A stretch of 64,000 nt of DNA from Desulfuromonas sp. (GCA_012026975.1 VEPG01000056.1:3871-67870), one strand, 5' to 3'. Shown: positions 9,009-18,741, numbered from the stretch's first letter. A program made the numbers and translations. The notes: generated by a model not told the origin, from the letters alone.

Positions 9009-9374
9009 ATGGCCAGACTGCTAGTCATCGATGACGAAGGCGATATCCGCCATCTTTATGCCGCCGAGCTTGAAGACGAAGGGTACGAGGTCAGCACCGC
9101 CGGCAACAGCGGCGAGGCCCTGGAGCTGCTGCGCGGCCGCGAATTCGACCTGGTGGTCCTCGATATCCAGCTCGACCAGGAAAGCGGCCTGGATCTTCTG
9201 CAGAAGATCGCCAAGGAACGCGGGCAGCTGCCGGTCATCCTCTGCACCGCCTTCAGCTCCTACCGTGACGATTTTTCTTCCTGGCTGGCCGATGCCTATG
9301 TGGTCAAAAGCTCCGACCTGAACGAATTGAAGGAACAGGTGCGCACCGTGCTGGCGCGCCGGACAAGCCGTTGA
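9009..9374 (+). CDS. single-domain response regulator (CheY-like receiver)
   Basis: MARLLVIDDEGDIRH...DLVVLDIQLDQESGLDLL...ILCTAF receiver signature. GGAG RBS upstream of ATG 9009. No output domain. Confidence 0.8.
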   Translation: MARLLVIDDEGDIRHLYAAELEDEGYEVSTAGNSGEALELLRGREFDLVVLDIQLDQESGLDLLQKIAKERGQLPVILCTAFSSYRDDFSSWLADAYVVKSSDLNELKEQVRTVLARRTSR

Positions 9375-9420
9375 GCGTGCACCTTCTCTCCCAAGCGCCG
9401 GGATACCAAGGAGTGGCCCC

Positions 9421-11943
9421 GTGAAAGCCGTGATCATGGCGGGCGGCTTCGGCACCCGGATCCACCCCCTGACCATCAACCTGCCAAAGCCGATGATTCC
9501 CCTGATCAACCGGCCGATCATGGAACACATCATCGAACTGTTGAAGTGCCACGGCATCACCGCCCTGGTCCTGCTGCTCTACCATCAGCCGGAGATCATC
9601 AAAAAATATTTCGGCGACGGCAGCGAATTCGGCGTTCACATTACCTATGTCACCCCGCTCGAGGATTTCGGCACGGCCGGGGCGGTCAAAGCCGCCGCCA
9701 GGCATCTCGGCGAGCGCTTCCTGATCATCAGCGGCGACCTCCTGACCGACCTGGACCTGAGCGCGGCACTCGCCTTTCATGCCGAGCGGCAGGCCCAGGC
9801 GACCATTACCCTGACCTCGGTGACCGACCCGCTGCAGTTCGGCGTGGTGATTACCGACAAGGCCGGCCGGATTACCAAGTTCCTTGAGAAACCAGGGTGG
9901 GGCGAGGTCTTCTCCGATACCATCAATACCGGCATTTACGTGCTCGAACCGGAGGTGCTCGACCTGATCCCCGATGGCGAGAACCGCGACTGGGCCAAGG
10001 ACGTCTTCCCCCGGATGCTTGCCACGGGAGCGCCGCTCTACGGCTGCCGCCTGGAGGGCTACTGGGCGGATATCGGCAACCCCGAAGCCTACCTCGAAGC
10101 CTGCCGCGACATTTTCAACGGCCGGGTGGCCGTCAGGCTCGACGAACCCCCGCATCGGCCCGGAGAGACCATCCACATCAGCGCCGATGCCCAGATCGAT
10201 GCCGACGCCGAATTGCACGGCATGGTGGTGCTCGGCGACAACACCCGCGTACAGGGCCACGCCCGGCTGACCAACTGCGCAGTCGGTCGCAACTGCCGGA
10301 TCGAAGCCGGTGCGATCCTTGAGGATGCGATCCTCTGGGACAATGTCACGGTACGGGCCGACAGCCGGATCAGCTATGCGGCCCTGGGCAGTAGCGTGCG
10401 GGTCGGCCAGCGGGTATTGATCGAACCGGGGGTGATCGTCGCCGACGAAACCACGATCGGCAACGATGTCCACATCCGTCCGGACGTCAAGATCTGGCCG
10501 CGCAAGGTGATCGAGGACGGCGCCACGGTTTCGACCAACCTGATCTGGGGGGAGAAGTGGCGCAAGAGCCTGTACGAGGGGGCGCTGGTCCGCGGCCTGA
10601 CCAATGTCGAAATGACTCCGGAAGTGGCCGCCCGGCTGGGGACCGCCTACGGAACGACCCTGCCCAAGGGGAGCTTTGTGCTGGCCGGCCGCGACGCCAT
10701 CCGCTCCTCGCGCATGCTCAAGCGCTCCTTTGTCGGCGGCCTGCTGTCAGCCGGGATCAACGTCCACGACGTGCGCATGATCTCCCTGCCGGTCCTGCGC
10801 TACAAACTCACCACCTTCGGCGAAGTTGGCGCCTTTCACTTTCGCCAGTCGCCGGAGGATCCCTCCGCCACCGAGGTGATCTTCTTCGACGGCGAGGGGA
10901 ACGAGATTTCCTCCGCGGCGGCCAAGGCGATCGAGCGCATCTACTTCAAGGAGAATTTTCGCCGCGCCCATCACTCCGAGCCGGGCGCCATCGACGAATT
11001 GCCGCGCATCTACGACTTCTACCGCGAAGGCTTCCTGCGCGCCCTCGACCGCGAGGCACTGAAAAAGGCCGCGCCGCGGATCGTCGTCGACCTCAACCAC
11101 TCGCCGGCCGCCAACCTCCTCCCCGACCTGCTGGCCGATCTCGGCTTCGACGTCACCGAACTCAACTCCCATGTCCACGAAAAGGGGGTCGACAGTTCGC
11201 CGGAAGCCCTCGACCAGGCACTCGACCGACTCAGCCGGATCGTGGTGACGCTGGGCGCCGATGCCGGTTTCTGGCTGGGACCCTCGGGAGAGAAGGTGCG
11301 CATGGTCGATGCATCGGGACGCATTTATCAGAACCGCGAAGCGCTCTGTCTGCTGGCGGCCATGGCCTGCCGCAACAAGCAGGGGGGGAGCGTGGTGGTG
11401 CCGGCAGCCGCTTCCGAGGCCGTCGACGAACTGGCCCAGGCAGCCGGCGTGGTGGTGCAGCGCACCCGCTCGGACGGCCGGTCACTGACCGCGGCCGGCC
11501 GCGACCGCCAGGTGCGGATTGTCGCCTCCCTTGACGGACGCTTCGGCTGGCCGGCGTTCCAGCCGCACTTCGATGGCCTGTTCACCATCGCCAAGACCAT
11601 GGAGTTGTGCGCCCGTACCGGACTGAGTCTGGCCCAGGCGTTCAACATGGTCCCGCAGCGCACCTATCACCATCTGCAGCTGGCCTGTTCCTGGGAGTCC
11701 AAGGGCGGCCTGATGCGGCGCATGAGCGAGGATGCCGTCGATCGCGAGGCCTCGTTCGTGGACGGCGTGCGGGTTGCCACCGCCCGCGGCTGGGTGCTGG
11801 TCCTGCCGGATCAGCACCGGCCGGTGGCGCACATCTTTGCCGAATCGGCCGACCCGGCCGTCGCTGACCAGCTGCGCGACGAATATCGCGACAAGGTCAC
11901 GGCCTGGCTCGAAGAGATGGCGCAGACTGCCACCGGCAAGTAA
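9421..11943 (+). CDS. sugar-1-phosphate nucleotidyltransferase fused to a phosphohexomutase-like region
   Basis: N-terminal GGFGTRIHPLT (GxGxR) nucleotidyltransferase fold plus a left-handed beta-helix-like hexapeptide region. The C-terminal ~450 aa resemble PGM/PMM (GADAGFWLGPSGEKV metal-loop-like). The canonical TASHNP phosphoserine loop is not evident; FRQSP sits at the equivalent place. GTG start with AAGGAG 7 nt upstream. Confidence 0.65.
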   Translation: MKAVIMAGGFGTRIHPLTINLPKPMIPLINRPIMEHIIELLKCHGITALVLLLYHQPEIIKKYFGDGSEFGVHITYVTPLEDFGTAGAVKAAARHLGERFLIISGDLLTDLDLSAALAFHAERQAQATITLTSVTDPLQFGVVITDKAGRITKFLEKPGWGEVFSDTINTGIYVLEPEVLDLIPDGENRDWAKDVFPRMLATGAPLYGCRLEGYWADIGNPEAYLEACRDIFNGRVAVRLDEPPHRPGETIHISADAQIDADAELHGMVVLGDNTRVQGHARLTNCAVGRNCRIEAGAILEDAILWDNVTVRADSRISYAALGSSVRVGQRVLIEPGVIVADETTIGNDVHIRPDVKIWPRKVIEDGATVSTNLIWGEKWRKSLYEGALVRGLTNVEMTPEVAARLGTAYGTTLPKGSFVLAGRDAIRSSRMLKRSFVGGLLSAGINVHDVRMISLPVLRYKLTTFGEVGAFHFRQSPEDPSATEVIFFDGEGNEISSAAAKAIERIYFKENFRRAHHSEPGAIDELPRIYDFYREGFLRALDREALKKAAPRIVVDLNHSPAANLLPDLLADLGFDVTELNSHVHEKGVDSSPEALDQALDRLSRIVVTLGADAGFWLGPSGEKVRMVDASGRIYQNREALCLLAAMACRNKQGGSVVVPAAASEAVDELAQAAGVVVQRTRSDGRSLTAAGRDRQVRIVASLDGRFGWPAFQPHFDGLFTIAKTMELCARTGLSLAQAFNMVPQRTYHHLQLACSWESKGGLMRRMSEDAVDREASFVDGVRVATARGWVLVLPDQHRPVAHIFAESADPAVADQLRDEYRDKVTAWLEEMAQTATGK

Positions 11944-11954
11944 AGAAAGGACCT

Positions 11955-13001
11955 TTGCACTTGTCAGAATTCCGTTGGGATCCGCTCAAGGCCACCTGGG
12001 TTATCACGGCCAACCACCGCGCCCGTGAACCGCGCGACTTTTTCCTCGACCGGCAGCAGATCCAGACCAGCGCCTGCCCGTTCTGTCCGGGGCAGGAGAG
12101 GAAAACCCCGCCCGAAGTCTTCGCCGCGCGCCCTTCGGGATATCCGGCCGATGGCTCGGGATGGCAGGTTCGGGTGGTGCCGAACAAATTTCCGCTGCTG
12201 CGCATCGAGGGTGAGCTGGGGCGGCGCGCCGATGGGCTTTATGAGCTCATGCAGGGGATCGGCGCGCATGAAGTGGTGATCGAGACGCCTGATCATGAAC
12301 GGGCCATGGCCGACTTTTCAACGGCCGAGATCGCCCTGGTCCTGCAGGCCTACCGGGCGCGCCTGCTCGACCTGCGCCGCGACCCACGCTTCCGCTACCT
12401 GCAGGTTTTCAAGAACCACGGTTTCGAGGCCGGGGCACCGCTGCCGCACGCCCACTCACAGATCATGGCCGTGCCGATCACTCCGCCGACCACCAAAACG
12501 GAACTCAACGTCTGCCGCGGCTATTTCCGGAGCAACGACCGCTGCCTGATCTGCGACCTGATCGCCCAGGATCTGGCCGACGGCCGGCGCGTGGTGTATG
12601 ACGACGGCCGTTTCCTGGTGACAACCCCCTATGCCTCCTGCTTCCCTTTCGAGCTGCGCCTTTTCCCGCAACGGCACGGCCACGATTTCGCCCTGCAGGA
12701 CGATGCCGAACTCGAAGCCTGTGCCGCCGCCCTGCGCAACGTCCTGCGGCGCCTGCGCAATCTGCTGCGTGATCCGCCGTTCAACTTCATCCTGCACACC
12801 GCGCCGCCGATGCAGCCGCGCCCGGGACACCCCGATTACTGGTCCTCGCTCCCCTTCGATTATCACTGGCACATCGAACTGGTCCCTCGACTCAGCCGGA
12901 TTGCCGGTTTCGAGTGGGGGAGCGGCTTCTTCATCAACCTCATGCCGCCCGAGGATGCCGCCCGTTTTCTGCGGGGCACCGATCCCGACGGCAGTCTTTG
13001 A
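11955..13001 (+). CDS. galT: galactose-1-phosphate uridylyltransferase family (GalT / NDP-hexose:hexose-1-P nucleotidyltransferase)
   Basis: Zinc site CPFCPG and active-site His-x-His in PLPHAHSQIMA. 348 aa. The start is TTG 11955 or TTG 11961. Confidence 0.7.
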   Translation: MHLSEFRWDPLKATWVITANHRAREPRDFFLDRQQIQTSACPFCPGQERKTPPEVFAARPSGYPADGSGWQVRVVPNKFPLLRIEGELGRRADGLYELMQGIGAHEVVIETPDHERAMADFSTAEIALVLQAYRARLLDLRRDPRFRYLQVFKNHGFEAGAPLPHAHSQIMAVPITPPTTKTELNVCRGYFRSNDRCLICDLIAQDLADGRRVVYDDGRFLVTTPYASCFPFELRLFPQRHGHDFALQDDAELEACAAALRNVLRRLRNLLRDPPFNFILHTAPPMQPRPGHPDYWSSLPFDYHWHIELVPRLSRIAGFEWGSGFFINLMPPEDAARFLRGTDPDGSL

Positions 13002-16000
13002 GCCGCCTCGTGCCCATATCTACTGCGACCCCTCCCGATCTGCCGCTGCTTCCTGAACAGCGCCTGCTGCTCAACGGGGAAACCCGGGCGCGCCTGGCCG
13101 ATGCCGGACTGCTGAAACCGGCCGAAGCCCCGCTCGATCTGCGGACGGCACGCCGGCTCGGGCTCTGGCTCGGGGTCAGCGGCAGCGATCTGCTGCTCTT
13201 CGCCCTGCTCAATGCCGCCTTGCGCAGCATGACCACCGAATATCTCGCCAGACAGGGCTTTCGTCCCGCTTGGGACGGATTTCTGGCCGGCAACCGGCGT
13301 CGGCAGCTGAGCGGCCTGGGCGAGTTGCTCCTGCGCGGATACCAGGCCTATCCCCACCCGGCCGTGTCGGAAAAGTCGCTGCATCGCGACGCCCCGCGCG
13401 ACTCGGCGGCGACAGCGCGCTCGCGTACGGCCGGAGAATTGTTCCTGCTCGAGGTCCAGCTCGACAACCCGGCCATGCAGCCCCATCGCGCGCTGTTCGA
13501 CGACCGTACCCTGTCGGCACGGATCGCCTGGCGCCCGCGGCTGCAGCGTCTCGCCGACCTGCTCGCCGGTCAGGATACCGCGTCGCCGTGGGGGCGCAAC
13601 CTGCGCGACCTGCTGCGCGACCCGCTGCGCGCCGCCCCCGACAACCTCGCCGGCCAGGTCGCCTGGGTACTGGCCGTCTGGGCCACCTGGCTCCCCCCGG
13701 AGTTGCTGCAGATGCTACGGGTGGCCCATGCCATCGCCCAAGAGGAAGCGCAGCTGCGCCTCCCCGGACCGGGGCCGGCCGGGCCGGCGGACTTTGCCGG
13801 TCCAGGCGACACCGAAGGGCCGGCGGCCTTCTCCGCCGACCGCGACTGGATGGCCAATGCGGTACTGATCGCCAAGTCGGTCTCCGTCTGGCTCGACCAG
13901 CTCAGCCGACGCTATCACCTGGAAATCCGCACCCTCGACCGGATCCCCGATGCGGAACTCGACCGGCTGGCCGGCTGGGGGCTCAATGCCCTGTGGCTGA
14001 TCGGCATCTGGGAGCGCTCCGCCGCTTCACGCCGCATCAAGCAGTTGCGCGGCAACCCCGAGGCTGAAGCCTCGGCCTATGCCCTGCACGCCTACCGGGT
14101 CTCGGCGGACCTCGGCGGCGAAGCGGCACTCGCCGATCTCGAGGCCCGCTGCATGCGGCGCGGCATCCGTCTGGCCTGCGACGTGGTCCCCAATCACACC
14201 GGCATCGATTCGGAATGGGTGCTGCACCATCCCGACTGGTTCATCCAGAGCGACGAGCCCCCCTATCCCGGCTACCGCTTCACCGGCCCGGACCTCAGCG
14301 AGCATCCCGCCGTCAGCCTGCGCATCGAGGACGGCTATTGGGATCACCGCGACGCGGCGGTGGTCTTCGAGCACATCGACCACCACAGCGGCCGGCGGCG
14401 CTACCTCTACCACGGCAACGACGGCACCCACATGCCGTGGAACGACACGGCCCAGCTCAACTTCCTCCTGCCGGAAGTCAGAAAGGCGATGAGCGATCTG
14501 ATTGTCGCCACCGCCAGGCGCTTCCGCCTGATCCGCTTCGATGCGGCCATGACCCTGGCCCGCAAACACTTCCGTCGTCTCTGGTTCCCGCCACCGGGGG
14601 GGAGCGCCGGGGTACCGTCACGCTCGGCCTTCTGGATGGAGAACGTCGATTTCGACCGGGTCTTTCCCATCGAATTCTGGCGCGAGGTGGTCGACCGCAT
14701 TCACGCCGAGGTTCCCGACACCCTGCTGATCGCCGAGGCCTTCTGGCTGATGGAGAGCTACTTCGTCCGCACCCTGGGGATGCACCGGGTCTACAACAGT
14801 GCCTTCATGAACCTGCTCAAGCAGGAGGAGAATGCCAAATACCGGCGGATCCTCAAGGATGTCCTCGCCTTCAACCCGGAGATCCTCAAGCGCTACGTCA
14901 ACTTCATGAACAACCCCGACGAGGCGACGGCGGTCGAGCAGTTCGGCATGGGCGACAAGTACTTCGGCGGCGCCGTGCTCCTGGCCACCCTGCCGGGGCT
15001 GCCGATGTTCGGCCACGGCCAGGTCGAGGGGTTCCGCGAAAAGTACGGCATGGAGTACCGGCGGGCCTACTGGGACGAAGCGCCGGACGAGGCGTTCATC
15101 GCCTACCACGAACAGCAGATCTTCCCGCTGCTGCACCGGCGCCACCACTTCTCCGGGGTTGATGACTTCCAGATCTACGACCTGATGACCGGTCACGGCA
15201 TCGATGAGAACGTCTACGCCTTCAGCAACGGCCCGGCCGGCGACCGCACCCTGGTGGTCTACAACAATGCACCCCACGCCACCAGCGGCCGCCTGCACCA
15301 TGCCGCGCCGAAAGCCGCGCGCGGCCGCGAGGGCGAAATCGGTCCCGCCACCAATCTGAAGCAGCAGCTCGGCATCAGCCTTGGCGCCGACAACCGCTAC
15401 TGCCGCTTCCGCGACCTGCGCGACGGCTGCGAGTATCTCCGCCCGGCCAACCGCCTCGGCAGCGGCATGGAGGTCCTCCTCGGCCCTTATCACTACCATG
15501 TGTTTCACGCCTTCCAGACCGTGACCGACCATGACGGCAGCTGGGCCACGCTCTATGCCCAGGTCGGTGACCACCCGGTTGCCGATCTTGACCTGGCTCT
15601 GTTCCGCCTGCGTCATCAGCACCTCTGGACCGCCTGGCAGAAGGTGACGGAACCGGGGCGTCTGCATGCGCTGGCAGGAGTCGTGCTCGGCACCCCCCTG
15701 ACCCTGGCCGCCCACACGCTGGCGGCCGACCTCGATGATGACATCCGGGCCCTGGCCGAACTGTTGAGCGATGCGACGCCGCCGCCAGTCGACGTTCCGC
15801 CCCTGGTCGAGGATCTGGCTCTGCTGGCCGGCTGGCTGACCCGTCGGGAAACCGTTCAGCTGCTCGAATCCTGGCGCGGCGTCGACCATGTGGCCTACCC
15901 TCTGCTCTGCTGGCGGCTCTTCGCGCAACTGCAGCGGCACCTGCCGGCGACCACGGAACCGCTGTGGCCAAGACTGCGTGCCGTCGGCATCGATCTGGGC

Positions 16001-17875
16001 TGGCGCGAGGGGCTCCCCGCCAGCCAGCAGGAGTTTGAGCTGCCGCTCGCCATGCTGCTGCTGGCCAACGACCGGCAGGCGCCGCCACCGGCGCTGGATC
16101 ATCTGGCGTTTGCCGCCATGGTACGTGATCCGGCACACCGATCGCTGCTCGGCATCAACCGGCATGGCGGTGAAACCTGGTTCAACCGTGAACGGATGAA
16201 CGCGCTGGTCGTCGCCCTCGCCCTCCAGGCCGCCCATCGCGCGGCCGACACCGCTCCGGCGGGCAATCGCCCGCTGCTGGCACAGATCACCGGTCGGGCG
16301 GTCCGCCGCATCGAACAGGCCGCGGCGGCGGACTATCGTCTCGAAACCTTTCTGCACCGCGATGATGCGCCCCCGCTGCCGGAGTCACCGCCCCTTCGAA
16401 CCAAGCCCGGCAAAACGCGTCCCCTGCGTATCCTCATGGTTACTTCGGAAGCGGCGCCCTTCGCCAAGAGCGGCGGCCTCGGCGATGTGCTCGGCTCCCT
16501 CCCGCCGGCCCTGCGCGCTCTTGGTCACGATGTGCGCCTGGTCGTCCCCTGGTATCGCGCCGCCCGCCAGGTGACCGGCACCCTGCGCTCCCGGCCGAAA
16601 CCACTTGAGATCGGCATGGGCGGGATGACAGTCAGCGTCCGGGTCAGAGTCGGTGAGTTGGAGGGGGTCCCGGTCTACTTCCTTGACGTGCCGGAACTGT
16701 TCGATCGCGGCGGCCTCTACGGTGAAACCGGGAGCGACTATCCCGACAATGCCCGGCGCTTCGCCCTGCTCGGGCGCGCCGCCCTGGAACTGGCACGGAC
16801 GCTGCGCTTCGCTCCGGACGTGGTGCATGCCCACGACTGGCAGGCCGCCATGGCCGTCATCGATCTGCGCCACCGCCTCTGGGCCGATCCGTTCTTCGCC
16901 GCGACCGGCAGTTTGATGACCATTCACAACCTTGGCTACCAGGGGAGTTTCCCGCCGACGGTGCTCGCCGACCTCGACCTCGACCCCGGCCTGTTCACCA
17001 GCGACAGCCTGGAATTCTACGGGCAGGTGTCGCTGCTCAAGGGCGGCATCCGTTTCGCCGACCACGTCGGCACCGTATCACCGACCTACTGCCGGGAGAT
17101 CCAGACCCAGGCCTTTGGTGTCGGCCTCGATGGTTTGCTCCGGGCGCGCCGCCAGCGCCTGCACGGCATCCTCAACGGTCTGGACGGACAGCGTTGGAAC
17201 CCGGCGCGGGACCCGGCGCTGCACGCCCCTTACACCGCCGACGAACTGGCGGGAAAAACCGCCTGCAAGGCGGCTCTACAAAAGGAATTGGGGCTGCGCG
17301 GCGACCCGCGGCTGCCACTGGCGGCCATGGTCACTCGCCTTGATCCACAGAAAGGCCTCGATCTGCTGCTGGAAGCGTGGCAGCCGCTGCTGGCCCGCGG
17401 CCTGCAACTGGTGATCCTCGGCACCGGGCTGCCCGAATACGAACGCCGCTTCGCTGAACTCGCCGCACAGGCCCCCGGCCAAGTGATCGTGATCACCCGC
17501 TTCGACGACGGCCTGGCCCGACGCATCTACGCGGCCAGCGACCTGTTCCTGATGCCGAGCCGCTACGAGCCGTGCGGCCTCGGCCAACTGATCGCGTTGC
17601 GTTATGGCAGCGTGCCGCTGGTCCATGCCACCGGAGGACTGGTTGACACCATTCGCGACCCGCGAGAGGAACCGGCATCGGCCAACGGTTTCGTCTTCCA
17701 CGAATTCAGCGTCCCCGCGTTCCTGGAGGCACTCGACCGGCTTTTGGCAAACAGGAGTAATCCGGAAACCTGGCAGGCACTGATCCGACGCGGGATGCGG
17801 CAGGATTTTTCCTGGCGGCGCTCGGCCGGCGACTATCTCGACCTTTACCGGACAATCATCAGGGAACGACAATGA
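12998..17875 (+). CDS. glgA: fusion protein: GH13 alpha-amylase-family domain + glycogen synthase (GT5, GlgA)
   Basis: A single uninterrupted frame. The middle region LNALWLIGIWERS...GIRLACDVVPNHTGIDSEWVLHHPDWF is GH13-like. The C-terminal ~480 aa begin LRILMVTSEAAPFAKSGGLGDV (the KxGGL motif of GlgA). The start is uncertain: TTG 12998 overlapping the galT stop as TTGA is preferred, with GTG 13010 or ATG 12914 as alternatives. Confidence 0.75.
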   Translation: MSRLVPISTATPPDLPLLPEQRLLLNGETRARLADAGLLKPAEAPLDLRTARRLGLWLGVSGSDLLLFALLNAALRSMTTEYLARQGFRPAWDGFLAGNRRRQLSGLGELLLRGYQAYPHPAVSEKSLHRDAPRDSAATARSRTAGELFLLEVQLDNPAMQPHRALFDDRTLSARIAWRPRLQRLADLLAGQDTASPWGRNLRDLLRDPLRAAPDNLAGQVAWVLAVWATWLPPELLQMLRVAHAIAQEEAQLRLPGPGPAGPADFAGPGDTEGPAAFSADRDWMANAVLIAKSVSVWLDQLSRRYHLEIRTLDRIPDAELDRLAGWGLNALWLIGIWERSAASRRIKQLRGNPEAEASAYALHAYRVSADLGGEAALADLEARCMRRGIRLACDVVPNHTGIDSEWVLHHPDWFIQSDEPPYPGYRFTGPDLSEHPAVSLRIEDGYWDHRDAAVVFEHIDHHSGRRRYLYHGNDGTHMPWNDTAQLNFLLPEVRKAMSDLIVATARRFRLIRFDAAMTLARKHFRRLWFPPPGGSAGVPSRSAFWMENVDFDRVFPIEFWREVVDRIHAEVPDTLLIAEAFWLMESYFVRTLGMHRVYNSAFMNLLKQEENAKYRRILKDVLAFNPEILKRYVNFMNNPDEATAVEQFGMGDKYFGGAVLLATLPGLPMFGHGQVEGFREKYGMEYRRAYWDEAPDEAFIAYHEQQIFPLLHRRHHFSGVDDFQIYDLMTGHGIDENVYAFSNGPAGDRTLVVYNNAPHATSGRLHHAAPKAARGREGEIGPATNLKQQLGISLGADNRYCRFRDLRDGCEYLRPANRLGSGMEVLLGPYHYHVFHAFQTVTDHDGSWATLYAQVGDHPVADLDLALFRLRHQHLWTAWQKVTEPGRLHALAGVVLGTPLTLAAHTLAADLDDDIRALAELLSDATPPPVDVPPLVEDLALLAGWLTRRETVQLLESWRGVDHVAYPLLCWRLFAQLQRHLPATTEPLWPRLRAVGIDLGWREGLPASQQEFELPLAMLLLANDRQAPPPALDHLAFAAMVRDPAHRSLLGINRHGGETWFNRERMNALVVALALQAAHRAADTAPAGNRPLLAQITGRAVRRIEQAAAADYRLETFLHRDDAPPLPESPPLRTKPGKTRPLRILMVTSEAAPFAKSGGLGDVLGSLPPALRALGHDVRLVVPWYRAARQVTGTLRSRPKPLEIGMGGMTVSVRVRVGELEGVPVYFLDVPELFDRGGLYGETGSDYPDNARRFALLGRAALELARTLRFAPDVVHAHDWQAAMAVIDLRHRLWADPFFAATGSLMTIHNLGYQGSFPPTVLADLDLDPGLFTSDSLEFYGQVSLLKGGIRFADHVGTVSPTYCREIQTQAFGVGLDGLLRARRQRLHGILNGLDGQRWNPARDPALHAPYTADELAGKTACKAALQKELGLRGDPRLPLAAMVTRLDPQKGLDLLLEAWQPLLARGLQLVILGTGLPEYERRFAELAAQAPGQVIVITRFDDGLARRIYAASDLFLMPSRYEPCGLGQLIALRYGSVPLVHATGGLVDTIRDPREEPASANGFVFHEFSVPAFLEALDRLLANRSNPETWQALIRRGMRQDFSWRRSAGDYLDLYRTIIRERQ

Positions 17876-18096
17876 ACGAAGAGGAGAAGCCCCACGCTGA
17901 ACCGGCGGCGGAGGGAAATCCTGCCGCTCAGCCGCCTGGCAACGAAAAATTCCGGGAGCTGGCCGAACTTGAGGGGGAAATCCGCCGTCGCCTGCGCAGC
18001 AACCAGCGTTTTCTGGAAAAATTTCTCGATGAGGATTTCGTCGATGACGAAGCCGGCGAGGAGGACGGAGAAACCGGTGACGATGAAGAGTTGTAA
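17872..18096 (+). CDS. small acidic hypothetical protein (74 aa)
   Basis: ATGA overlap with the glgA-fusion stop suggests translational coupling. Very acidic C-terminus (DEDFVDDEAGEEDGETGDDEEL). No recognisable family. Confidence 0.45.
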   Translation: MNEEEKPHAEPAAEGNPAAQPPGNEKFRELAELEGEIRRRLRSNQRFLEKFLDEDFVDDEAGEEDGETGDDEEL

Positions 18097-18105
18097 CGAA
18101 CGGAA

Positions 18106-18402
18106 TTAAGACTGGTCCCGTTTAAGCCGTTCGAGATGGGCTTCCCATTCAAGCGGCAGCAGCGATTGCTTGGCGCTGTTGCACGTCTTGCAGGCCGGCA
18201 CGCAATTCCCCTTGGAACTGCGGCCGCCGCGCACCAGTGGCACGATATGGTCGAGGGTCAGCTCTTTGGGCGGAACCAGGGCACCACAATAATGGCAGAT
18301 GCCGCTGGCGATCCGGTTGCGCCACCACTGGCTGCCACGCAGTTCACGGGCCTTGGCCCGCTCCCGCCGCAACGTCTCTTCGCTGACCTCAAGCCACGTC
18401 AT
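18106..18402 (-). CDS. HNH endonuclease (small, stand-alone)
   Basis: CHYCG...LDHIVPLVRGG...CVPACKTCNSAK is an HNH/zinc-hook pattern. 98 aa. Confidence 0.75.
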   Translation of the reverse strand: MTWLEVSEETLRRERAKARELRGSQWWRNRIASGICHYCGALVPPKELTLDHIVPLVRGGRSSKGNCVPACKTCNSAKQSLLPLEWEAHLERLKRDQS

Positions 18403-18568
18403 CGTTCGATTTTACGGCAGCCGGTATTTATCGGCAAGCCCACGGCGGAAACTGCCTGCAAAAAGAGAACGGCCCAAATCCCTATGACTTGAGCCGCCCT
18501 CCTGGAGGCAGGAAATGTATCCCCGCAAGTCATGTCTAGCACACTGCATCTTGCAAAGATCTCACATC

Positions 18569-18597
18569 AAAAAACACCCCCGCCGAAACGGCGGGGG
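18569..18597 (-). terminator. rho-independent terminator (minus strand)
   Basis: Minus-strand reading: cccccgccg, tttc-type loop, cggcggggg, followed by TGTTTTTT. Plus-strand stems are at 18577-18585 and 18589-18597, with the A-run at 18569-18574. Confidence 0.65.
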
Positions 18598-18741
18598 CCC
18601 CCTGGGGAAAAAATTCCACTCCCTCTCTTCGCGAACAGGTCAGGCCTGCAAACATCGTGTGAATAACGTTGCCAGCCATTATACATGCCGCATCTCACAA
18701 ATCTCTCACCGCAACCGCTTCCCCAGAAAAAACCGCGCCGT

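Noticed and set aside
14618-16357. 579-aa ORF on the minus strand inside the GH13-GlgA gene
   Set aside because: It is a shadow ORF typical of high-GC DNA. The translation is Gly/Arg/Ala/Pro-rich with no motifs, while the plus-strand frame carries clear GH13 and GlgA signatures.
18106-18402. HNH endonuclease as a marker of a mobile element, prophage or defence island
   Set aside because: No integrase, terminase, methylase, toxin partner, flanking repeats or tRNA was found. It appears to be a stand-alone small HNH gene between housekeeping operons.
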